From Patellaria atrata CBS 101060 (taxonomy: Eukaryota), in the NCBI GenBank assembly GCA_010093705.1, contig MU006091.1, positions 1,116,001 through 1,180,000 on the forward strand: DNA of 64,000 nucleotides, read 5' to 3'. This document shows, piece after piece, positions 1-10,618 of the stretch. Made by a program: the position numbers and the translations under genes. The notes beneath the pieces are model-generated. The model was not told the DNA's origin. It was given only the letters and a program-made list of their open reading frames with translations, and did not search any database. Positions within the stretch are counted from its first letter, which is position 1. Every line of letters begins with the position of its first letter.

Positions 1-612
1 GAAGACTCGAAATACACAGAACCCGACTTGGAGATATCAAACTCAGGGTCAGAAACCCAGAACGAACAGCACAGCCCTTTCTCAGAAGCCGTAGACCCTC
101 AAGAAGCCGCTCCTTCCCAACCTTCACCCTCCCAAACCACGTCCGGCAAACCCCTCCTCGCGCTCACCCTCACAATCCGCAACAAAGTCGACGACCAATA
201 CGTCGCTCGCCCGACCAATCTCTCCCCTGACCAGAAGTGGGAACTCGAGTACCTCCTCACCGAGATCAGCAACGAGCGCGTCGCCTGGGGCAAGTACCAC
301 CAGGTCCAGGACAGACGGAGGAACGCGCTCGATCCGGACAGGAACTCAAGCGAGGACGAGGGGAAGCTGGATTTCTTCCGCAGGCAGTTGAGGGATTTGG
401 CGGATCAGGGCCGCGTGTGGAAGCGCGCGAGGGATGAGGTCGATGAGAGGGTGGGGGAGGCGGTTGTTTGGGTGCCGGATGTCCAAACGACGAAGGTGGG
501 AGAGGGGAGCGCGGGTGAGGGCGAGGGAGGGGGCGGTGGGACTACCGGGGAGGTGGAGGATGTGGAGAGTTATCTGAGGTGGTTGTATGGGGAGGGAAAA
601 CCGCGTGGGTAG
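1..612 (+). CDS. PET127: Mitochondrial RNA-processing protein Pet127, C-terminal part (5' end outside window)
   Basis: Frame is open from base 1 to TAG at 610-612. LLALTLTIRNKVDDQYVARPTNLSPDQKWELEY resembles the conserved C-terminal block of filamentous-fungal Pet127 (recalled, not searched). Confidence 0.75.
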   Translation, partial: EDSKYTEPDLEISNSGSETQNEQHSPFSEAVDPQEAAPSQPSPSQTTSGKPLLALTLTIRNKVDDQYVARPTNLSPDQKWELEYLLTEISNERVAWGKYHQVQDRRRNALDPDRNSSEDEGKLDFFRRQLRDLADQGRVWKRARDEVDERVGEAVVWVPDVQTTKVGEGSAGEGEGGGGGTTGEVEDVESYLRWLYGEGKPRG

Positions 613-1763
613 GGCGGAGAAGACGTGGAAATGCGTTGTAATGTTGTAATATATGCAAATTATCCTATAGACTTGTATACTCGATATGCGCGTGCGTTTT
701 CGAGCCTCAAATCATCACTTTGAATCGCTTTTACTCTCTCGTGTAGGAGCACCATACTACTCCTTTTCCAGCTTGGTGGTTATGACTTCCTTCTGTTCGA
801 TAAAGGGAAACGGGCAAGATATTGTGAAAGATGTAGGATAGAGACTAGATGTGTTATTGAAAATGACTAGCGAGTATCCATATGGTATGGGGTGATGATG
901 AGAATCCCCTACCCAGAAACACTAGGAAATGTACTGTGTAGACTGACAGACACGCTAGCTGATTTTGCGAGACGCCGTTGGGAGGTGGGCCAATGGTGGT
1001 AGTTGGATTGGATAAGGAGTTTCAGTAAAGGGGGAAGTTCACAGAAGAAGCAAAACTTCCCTGATTCATGCATAGTCACAGTAACTTTTATGCAGTTGAG
1101 AAGCTAACGGGTTTGAGAGCAACCGGTGTGAGATTACTTTCTAAAATAGATCCCTTAAATCCTAGGTGGGTTTCCATGTGTGAAGAGAAGAGGATGAGAG
1201 AAAAGAAAACCTCGTAATCCAATAATGTTTTACATCCTTGATCTAAGGAAAGATGGATGGGGAAGTGTGAAGTGAAGGTACCATTCATAAAGCATTGGGG
1301 AATTGAGGGTATTATTGCTAATGTACAACCATGTGGGAATGAGGAAAAGGAGACCAGGCAACCGTTACCAGAAGATGGGCTAGGAAGACAAGAGTGGGGA
1401 TTATGAAGCCCACGATAGAAGGATATCTGGGGTCTATAGATGAAGTGCTAAAAGAAGAATCTAACCTTGCAGATATGTCCCTTGGAAGAACTAAATAGAG
1501 CGAGAGAATCGTAAGCGTTGTGAACCGTTAGGAATCACAGAAGGACGGTGGACAAACCTATGCCATGAGCCTTCCTATGGTAGAAGTAGAGTGTCTTCGA
1601 TCATTTTGGCGAAAGCCCATTTCTCCTCTACCGTCATCCGATACTTTTCCTGTACAAGTATGCAATATGTGCTCTTTGGAGGATTTGTACTTTTCGTTCC
1701 ATTAGAGTTCCAGAAAAACCATGAATCGTCAATAATGCGTTTGATGCGCTTCCATAGCAGATA

Positions 1764-2638
1764 TTAGAGGCTAGCAACTCCGGTGTTTCCAATCAACATG
1801 ACCAAGGGGCTGAGTCCATAGGTTTCACTAGGATCAACGGGACGCGGGATTGACTTCTACTTCTCCGGTGAGTACATAGCCTGCCTGATGTAGATTTCAA
1901 GTGACCGTATTCCTTGCAAAAACTCGAAGACGAAGCTTGAAAGCCACCTCTGGTAACCACCCCAAGAGTCGGAAATTCTGATGTCGATGTGTAAGCGCTT
2001 GATAAGATGTGAATGAGGAATTGACAGCACCATGGACTCGAACGCGGAGAGCTCATGGGTTGGATACCCGTCCGTAACGAACGTACTCGTACCATAGAAG
2101 ACCGGTAGGTTCTCATAACAGACCTGGCTATAGATCCTCGATATTGACACATTTAGTCCTTTAGGTTTAGGGTATTTTCCAGGTTCAGCGTGTTTCTATT
2201 CAGCTGGAGACCAGCAACATTCGTGTAGTGCTTCCTTAGATCCCATATTCAGCGTAGAACGGTCTGATGGATCAGCGGACCTAAAATGGTGATACATGGC
2301 TAAGAAGGAACCCTGGCAAAGGTAATGTTGAATTGACTGTGGGGCAGAGAACGTTAAAATGGTCGACACAGCGACCATAGTATGCATGGAAGCACAAACG
2401 CTCATCCTCACCCTCATCGAGACGGATACATTCTCCGCCAATAGCGTATTTCCAAATGATATCCCTAAGCTCTCGGGGTAGATTTAAAAGACGAGATTGT
2501 GTGAAATTGTGGTCAGATCTCACTGCTGTCAGTGACCTCTATTCATACATATCCTGTGAGAAAGACATACTGCTTGCGTAGAGCAGGAGTGCGACCTTGA
2601 GTCGGAATGGGCGCACTTTTTCGTGATTTCGAAGGCAT
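1764..2638 (-). pseudogene. Disrupted F-box-like/2EXR-like gene
   Basis: ATG at 2638 and a GTATGT intron near 2570-2523, then SRLLNLPRELRDIIWKYAIG (F-box-like LPxExRxxI motif) and later SISRIYSQVCYENLPVFYGTSTF (typical RxCRQIyxE...FY..N.F segment). The segments are linked only through an apparent frameshift near 2300-2350 and in-frame TAG stops at 2196-2198 and 1857-1859. Confidence 0.6.
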
Positions 2639-3013
2639 AATACGCTCGAACCTGTGCTAATGCATGTTTATAGTAGCATTTATAGTAAGCCTTATAGTAA
2701 GAGTTTGCTGTAGGGGTATTCAGTTTTGCGACAGGTCAGTGATCCTGTGGTGTAGATGAGGTGGAACTGTCGAAGCTTCAGAACTGTGGAAGAACTGTCG
2801 CTCTATTTAACACGAACAAGAAGTGACTAGAACTACTGCAGCCAAGGCAATTCTAACTGGTTATTCGTCACTGTTCGTAGTCAGTCGACCAATCGAAAAA
2901 TCACTTTGTTGCAGTATAACTGTCCCGTTTGAGCAGGATAGTACGGTAGTACATGGAGGAATGAGTCAAAACTCGAAACTTACCTTAGTTTAATAGCCCA
3001 TCAATATCTTTAA

Positions 3014-3562
3014 GTGGTGAGTGAGATATTTGTCTCACATAGGCCCTCCTTGTCCCGCGTAAATATCAAGGTACTGGTTTCCCCATCCCGGACTTGTGGG
3101 GACTTGGTATGGGATTGGAGAGAGCAGGCCAAATTGTATGCCAGAGTGATGGTGTGAAGTAGTTTCCTTGATCGATGTCGGAAGATGGCTGGTTTACCTG
3201 AATGGGTTTTAAAGGAGTGGTATAAAAAGGGGTCACACAACAGACGAAGTAGCAAAACGATTCCACAAGCCACACCTCCAACTCCCTCAGAAAACGTCAC
3301 AATAAAAAGATCGTAAACTGAAGGCATCATAAAGAGCAAATAAAAAAGATAAAAGGAATAAAAAAAAAGGTTGAAAAACAAAACAATTAGGCCCGTAGGC
3401 CTCCTTGAACCCCCGGACGGGTCTTTGCTGCCGCTGCTCCATTGACCTGAGGTTTACCGATAAGCCCGCCTGGAGGGAGTTTCGAACCGACGACGTTTGC
3501 GGGGATTGTAGTCAGACTGACTAACCGCTCTACCATTGAGTTAGTTCGAAAGTGAGCGCCCG
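3014..3562 (-). mobile_element. Candidate tRNA-derived SINE or Pol III small-RNA unit
   Basis: Minus strand: A-box/D-arm TAACTCAATGGTAGAGC (3543-3527), B-box GGTTCGAAAC (3488-3479), hairpin AGGCC-TACG-GGCCT (3402-3389), T-runs at 3383-3360, and a distal hairpin GTGAGACAAATATCTCAC with a short CACT-type tail (3038-3014). Acceptor and T stems do not pair, so it is not an intact tRNA. Confidence 0.5.
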
Positions 3563-3621
3563 TAATTTGTTTATAAAGTAAAGTAAGGGGCCCCCTTCTC
3601 GGGCAGATCAAGTTGATATCA

Positions 3622-3648
3622 GTTCGATTCCCGGCCAACACATCTTTT
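3622..3648 (+). other. tRNA 3'-end fragment (T-loop plus acceptor 3' strand, tRNA-Gly-like) followed by TCTTTT
   Basis: GTTCGATTCCCGGCCAACACA resembles the eukaryotic tRNA-Gly 3' end (GGTTCGATTCCCGGCCAAYGCA). No matching 5' half lies immediately upstream. Confidence 0.35.
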
Positions 3649-4177
3649 GATGATTTATTCCGGCTCTGCTAATTTCAGCGGTGGGCCCTGCTTTACTAAT
3701 TTCTATTATAAAAAATTGTCTCTTGTTAGGGTGCTTGAGCTTTTTCTTTACTGAAGGGATTATGATTGAGGTAAACATCGAAGCAGAACATATATCAATG
3801 ACTTCAATCGATACACCTAGCTTTATCTTCCAGTATAGGGGCTGATAAAGGACTAGGACAAGCTTGAAGTGAAGTTTTACTGGGCTCAGAGTCGCAGATC
3901 AACTATGACAAGGAATAGACTTCTGGAACATCTCGAAAAATAAAGATAATACTTCTTCCACATCCTGAGGGTGCTACTTTGGAAAATTTGAATTGTGATC
4001 TATGTATGAACTACTATTAAAACCACATACCAAACCTTAATGATATAATAATCTCCTAAGCAATACTAACGAACCGCTTATTCCACTTACCGAAGCGAAC
4101 GACAAAGGAAACCAAGCTCCTTCTACTTCTCCAATACACCATTGAAACTCAGCAGTCCACTGAATCAGCTTTTATGC

Positions 4178-6427
4178 TCATGTCCAAGCTGAAAGTCTTC
4201 GTGACGGATAGTCAACTATTCTCCCCCGCCTCCGTATGCGCGTGGACGGCGCGGGCGGTTCAACTAATGCGCTATAATCTCATCAGCAAAGTCACACAAA
4301 ACACGGAAGCAGAAAATAAGACAAAAGCCAGAACAACCATGTATGAACAAAGAGACGACTCACCCCCATCCGGCCTCTTTCGGGCCCTCCTCACATTCTC
4401 TTGTATCTAGCACATCCTGCCCTTTCTTGCCAGCGCAGTTACCCTCTGTGGGTCGATTCTGAAGTTTACAGACTTGTATATGGTCGTCTGGAATTTTGGG
4501 GTGGGAGATCGTCTGGAGTAATTCAGGCGCTTCGATGAAGGTTGTGGTCATGCCGGCTTCGACGTGGAATTCGATGTGGCAGTGGACTGAAGGAACTTCA
4601 GCACGGTGGTTTGGGAGGAGATGAGGGAAAGGGAGAAGAGAAAGGTGTAAGGAAAAAAGGAATGATAGAGAGGAGACAGGGGAGAATGGAGAATGTGGAA
4701 AGACGAAAAGGGGCTAGGGGAGTGGTAATGAGGATAGAGAAATGAAAAGGCAAACATACACAACCATATCCCCGGCCTCTCAGCTTTAAACCTTATAACC
4801 ACCCAACCGTTTGGAGGAACATCAACAGTATCCCTCCTCATGGGCCCTCTCCTAACCCCAGGGCTCAAACCTCCCCATTGGTTTACATCAACCACTCCAT
4901 TCCATGTCCCACTGCCTCGTCCTACCACTTGGAAGTGGTGTCCATGGAGGTGCATAGGGTGCGCTGCTGTATCTGCGTTATTAACGACGATTTGAATAAC
5001 TTTACCTGCGCGGAGAACAGTTGGTTGGACTCCTTTACCGTAGACGGCCGGATTGGTGGCGGAGGTCCCAGTTGTGAGTGCGGTATAAAGGGTTGGGACT
5101 TTTTGATGATGGTAAGGGGCATCACCAAGAGCGATGCTGATTAATGTTAGTATCATGCTAGGGAGAGGAAAGGGATAAGGTGAGTATTGATATTAGAGGT
5201 CAGAACTGAAGAGAGGTGTGGGACTCACCGCGGTCCAATATTTGGGTAGTATATCAGTTTAGGATTATAAGTAATAGTCTGATCCACAGGCTCAAGAAGG
5301 GGCTGGTTGTCTGTCGGTTGGAAGGTAATGTCGTCGGCGAGGGAGAACTCTGTGGTTCTCAAGGGTGGGGGGTTGCTAAGTTTGGCACTGTAGCTGAGAA
5401 TCCCGTTGCAGTTAAGCTTTGAAGAAGATGAATTGGCTTTGAATATGGCGGTATCCATGCGAGTAATGAGTCCATAGTTTCTTGTTGCGTAGGGCTTCCC
5501 GGTGATAAGGACATCGTAACGTTGACCAGGAGAAATACGGATCCCGTCCACTGTTCGGGGTCTCACTATACAGAGGGGTTAAGATGGTAACTCTGTATTC
5601 AGTCTGTTACTGCTTACCCGGTATACTATCAACAGCAACAACGGTCAGTTGATGGCTATCTGCATGAACATGTCAGTTCATATTATATATCGTATGTAGT
5701 AGAGAAATAAGCTAACCAAATTGGACAAAAAGATGTGCAAGAGCTCCTATATTAATTATGCGTAGCAAGAGCTTCTCCCGCGACCTTATAGGGATAATAG
5801 TGGAAGCAGCATCATTGACGATACAACTATTTGGGATTGGTTCAATTCCATTTGGATTATCTGGTCCCAGATAGGAATGAAGTAAATATGGCATCTGATC
5901 ATGGTACCTGATATGCGTCAACAACCGAAAGGGCGACTTATAGTTAAGACGTACCAATCTGAGACGGTCATGGTGAATTCGCTTGATGCCTCGTATGAAT
6001 TTTCGAGACGGCGGTCGTGAATGATCATAGGCCCTCTAAGGCCGTCGGGATATTGCCCGTGATTATGGGCGTGCCACCAATATGATCCGGCCGGGTACGC
6101 GGTAAATGTGTAGGTAAAAGTGCTTCCGGGTGGTATCGGGCATTGCGTCATCTCCGATGCTCCATCCATACTGATTGTACCTTGTTGATACATGCCATGC
6201 CAATGGATACCGGTTGTCTCGTTACCAAGTGAGTTCTTGACGTTGACGACAATGGTATCACCAACGTCGGCCTCGATACCTGGACATGGCCATTGACCAT
6301 TCACTCCAATGACTGGGCGAGTATACCCATCAGGGCTAGCAGAGACCCACGAGATATCCCAATCGAGAGTAATCGTCTTAGCAAAGCATGGTGTAAGAAA
6401 GGGTAGAAGGAAACTAAGCCGCCACAT
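4178..6427 (-). CDS. Secreted multicopper oxidase, Fet3/Abr1-like (AA1 family), multi-exon
   Basis: Signal peptide [16 protein letters not shown]. All four Cu-binding motifs are present: [19 protein letters not shown], and [13 protein letters not shown] (across intron 4760-4587). A last exon after GTGAGT at about 4363 ends at TGA 4180-4178. Confidence 0.9.
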
Positions 6428-7855
6428 GATGTAAACGGGTGTAGCTTGAACGGAATTCATAACTATAGACAAGAATTGAATACAAGGAAATGGCCCAGGG
6501 TATTAAAGCGAATACTGGAACTTGTGACTCTTTATACAAGGGGACTCGGAGTTACTCCGTTGAGTGAGACAACACACAATCGTTGTCAGTAAAGAGCGAA
6601 GACCGACCTTAGACAATGGCTGGATTTGATGACGTCCACCAGCATCCCAAGATGCCGTAGCTAAGAGGGATACAGTGAGAATAGATAACAATGTTCGCCG
6701 ACTGAGGACACCACGAGTTTTAAATTTATTCTGGACTTGATTCCCTCTATAGATGGTGGCGCTACTACCCAATGTCTCACGGATGATGCCACCTCGTGGG
6801 CAACGTGGATTTGGAATAAATAGCATCGAGGATTCATGAAAACACATACTCTTTATATATTACTTGCCGAAAGTAACTTCATGTGGGCATGTTTGCGGTA
6901 GACAGCATGGAGACGAGACTTTGAGTGGAACAGAAAATATGCGAGGGATGACTGAAGGTATGGAAGTCATACACTAGGATTATAATCGGTTTGCCGACTC
7001 ATATATGCGGTCCCGAACGTAAGAGTGACGAATCGCAACTATAGACTCCGAGTTAAATATATCCATGTCATCGAAGTGAGGCTTGTTTTGGCATGTCGGT
7101 ATCGCAAGAACCTGCTTCTGCCGCTGAATGCATCATGGGTAATGCTAGTCTTCAAAGTCTCTCGATTGACATATTCGTCAATTTCAATTTCAATAGCAGT
7201 GGATATATTGGATTACGTGTCACACTGCAGGTTTTCTCCATCGTGGTCGCAATAAACTCTTCAAGCCAAGGGGGATGTGGCAGACGCCATTCCGATAGTG
7301 TACCCTCTTAATCGGGTGTGATTTGTTTCACAGGCACATGCGAGAACAATCAAGTCGTACGGATGTTTCAAGGGTGTCAGAGTTTCAAGAACCGGATGAA
7401 TGGTTGTGTGATCGCACTGCAGCACAGCGACGGAAGTTCAAAATCCGACTGAAGCGAGGGTATCTAGTAGGGTGATAGTGATTAGAAGAAGTAAAGATTG
7501 TGGTAACGAAATCTAAGAGTCCGAGAGACTTAGGACTTTTAAATTTTACATTGATCTATCATCCAACTTGAATTTCCGAATGGGCGAGCGCTCCGATAAC
7601 TTGCGTAGACGCCGCGAATCTGTGTGACGTCGGACTATCATTCCGTCCATGCCATCCTCAATTAGTATAGATGTCACTATTGTCATAAAGGCCATGTACT
7701 CGCTTTCTTCCCAGATGAGCTCACCTTTCTGCTGTTCTTCCTATCCTACATTGTGAACTCTCAACTAGCTGCAAGTTATCACATCATCTCTCGACCATTT
7801 AGGATTAAGCATCGCAGCTCCCTATTTTGTAACCGTTCTTTTGGATCAGGAGACT

Positions 7856-9212
7856 TCAAGTCCACTTCTGGACAACAACGCCACCCCTCTTGAAATCAGA
7901 CATATCACCTAGCTTCTGTGCCTTGTCTTTAAGCTCTTTGCTCGGGAATGTCGTCATCAAGGCGTAACCCCTTTGCGTACTGGCGGGACTTGCCCTATTA
8001 ATGAAGTCGTAGACGTCGCCAATGGTATGTGAGGTATTGAAGCGGGAACTCAAACGGGTCCCATCACCAAGGCGTATCTGGAGAGTCACAGTCGGCTCAG
8101 ACTCATTGATACTGACCGTGGGAGTGCTAGACGAAGAAGGGACGGAAGCGGCCGGTGCAATTGATGGTGCGGGAGCCTGAGAAGATGAAGATGCGGCAAT
8201 GCCGGGTGTAGGGCTCCCTAGGCGTTGCCCGGACCCAGAGAAGGGCTTATATTTTGATTTTGGCTTGACGTAGTCCTGGTCTCTGTGAGCCTGGAGATCG
8301 ACGTCGATCTCTTGGCCGGGCTCGACACCGAGCAGTTCGAGCGGTGCGCGACCTTCGTTGATCATTTGAAGAGTCTGCGCATTAGCTGGGTCGTCGTAGC
8401 GGTAGAGCTCACCGTCATCCACGGAAAACCCATCACGCCAGAGATGCAGTGTACGATGAACGCGAGGAGAAGGTTGCGGTTGGTTCGAAGTGGGATCTGG
8501 AATCGCGCGGCTTGGAGCGTCGTCGCCACCAAGGGTCATGCCAGTACCTCTGAAGTGCGAAGAAGGTCGTACATCGTCTCCACCGGGTCGTTCTACATTC
8601 CTACAAAATTCGTAAATCTCTGAAATAGCACATGTATCACAACTTTATTTACCTCTGTGCACGCTGCAATACTCTGTTGACTAAGTCTTGGGCGTTCTGA
8701 CTGCCCGGATTTTCCACTGCCAGGCCGGATTTCTCACCTCCAGTATAGAAGTCCTGCCTATTCTCATCATCATCGTCGTCGTCGCTGTCATGAGCATGGC
8801 CGTGACTGCCTGATCCTCCTTGAAGGTCGCGTAGCGTCCTAAGCCCTCGTTGTGGTCCTGGTGCCGCTCTCGGTGCGGAACTTGAAGAGGCAGCAGCAGA
8901 GGGAGCTGGAGCGCCGCCCAACGTGCGTCCTCCGCCCGATGATGGAGCTTCCTCCATTAGCTCATCTTCTTCTGCCTCAGCCTGTTCTTGTGATTCCTGA
9001 GTCTCATAATAGAGAGCAGTAGCGTTAGCTACATCCCAGTTGCTCATGGAGAGGATATTATCTGCCTGAACGAAGAGTGTTAGCTAAAGCTCCAGAACTA
9101 CATATTCAACGGTGTAAGTCGTATTTGGACATACCTCAACAGGAGGGACTCCAGTTACGGAGCAGAACTGAGAGATTAGAGCATCCCGGTCTGGGGTGGT
9201 GGGGCGCTCCAT
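7856..9212 (-). CDS. SHP1: Cdc48/p97 cofactor Shp1/Ubx1 (p47): UBA-like, SEP and UBX domains
   Basis: ATG 9212 MERPTTPDRDALISQFCSVTG; FYTGGEKSGLAVENP; SEP domain LHLWRDGFSVDDG; SHP box FSGSGQRLG; UBX domain QIRLGDGTRL...TTFPSKEL; two introns. Confidence 0.93.
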
Positions 9213-9662
9213 TCGTATGTAGGTTCAGAAACAGTGATTGAATTTAGAGGCTGAAGGTAAATGGTGGAAGTATGTAGAATCGAAGGTAATGTTCGGTGGA
9301 GATTTGAGAGTGAGATGGTGTTAAAGGTTGAGTATCGGAGCATTGTAAGAGAGTGAGGGAAAGAGCTTTATGTTGGTGGTGTCAGCTACGCAATTTGATT
9401 AGAACGAATTAGTCGGTGCCTTAAGAGCCAAGGCCTAGGGTTGTAGTATTGGGCCCGGATCAAGCTTCGGCAGCCCGAACTGACGGGAGCCGCCCTCTAG
9501 CCGGTACCATAACTTTTGACGCATCCCCGGTCCCTCCTGTGCCTTCAACAATTCAACAACCACCCAAACCCCGACAGACAGACACGAATCCAATTCCACC
9601 CAGCATTCGTTGTAAGGTTCTTATCTTTGCGGCGGTCCGCTTTAAGGGCAATATCTATCACT

Positions 9663-10231
9663 ATGACCTCTGAATCCCGTTCACACTCGATCAGGATGAC
9701 CTCTCATTCACACGAACATCGTCAAGAGCTGTCCGAATCGGGAATCACCATGCACTCCGACAGCGAGAACTACGATGGAAACAACGAACTCTCGTCCTCT
9801 CCTCCTTCGTCAAACACAAATAGCTCTCCGTTGATACTTTACTCTCCTCCGACCCTGTGGGGACTCCTGCGCGGTGCCGCTATCAATCTATTACTCCCGT
9901 TCGTGAATGGCCTGATGCTTGGCTTTGGCGAACTATTCGCGCATGAGATCGCATTCCGTCTGGGTTGGTCAGGAACAAAGGTACGGCGAGACGAAGTCTC
10001 ATATCTCCATATCATGATATAACCCGTACTGGAATTCGTATACTCCCTCACCAGATACTCAACCCATTCTCCATATCCATAAGACGAAACTAACAATAGT
10101 GGTCATTCTAGATCTTTCCTAGCTACCGCAACTCTCATAGGATCGGTCCCGGCGTTGAAGTCCGAGGCAACCCGATCCGACGCAAGAGGAGTGATGATGA
10201 AGAACTAGACCAATTGACGAGCCTGGAGTAA
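9663..10231 (+). CDS. MIM1: Mitochondrial outer-membrane insertase subunit Mim1/Tom13
   Basis: AAINLLLPFVNGLMLGFGELFAHE is the Mim1 TM signature. Intron 9981-10111; exon 2 IFPSYR...LTSLE*. Start is 9663 or the in-frame ATG at 9696. Confidence 0.92.
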
Positions 10232-10618
10232 GTTTGATTACGGGGCTCGACGAAGGCTTGGATTTACTCTAGTCGACTGTACATATGGCAACACATGCCT
10301 AAGCGTTTAGATATCTGAGGATATGCATCGAGCGAAGGATTGGCGTTATGAACATCTGTACGACGTTTTGAAAAGGACTTCTTTACTTCACGGCAGCATA
10401 TTTCCGGGAGGAATTGTATTTAGGAACTCAAGTTTCAACTACTACTAAGGATATATTTTACTACATCATCCAAGTGACTTTTCTAAATATTTGCTTGTGT
10501 ATGTGTTCCCAAGTTGAGTTCAAAGAAGTGGGTGATCCTACCTAGACGCGTATTCCTTGGCATCGTGATGTCGCGGAGAACGGCTGGAGCTCTCTAGAAC
10601 TGAATATCAAGCCCAACA

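Noticed and set aside
800..1560. Purine-rich stretch with short protein-like frames
   Set aside because: Too degenerate to assign; no recognisable domain.
3031..3310. TATAAAA plus AATAAA suggesting a solo LTR
   Set aside because: No convincing TG..CA terminal inverted repeats or 4-5 bp TSD.
3420..3460. CTCAGG-TCAATGG-AGCAGC on the minus strand resembles SRP RNA helix 8
   Set aside because: It lacks the GNRA tetraloop and an Alu-domain start, and the unit is short for a fungal SRP RNA.
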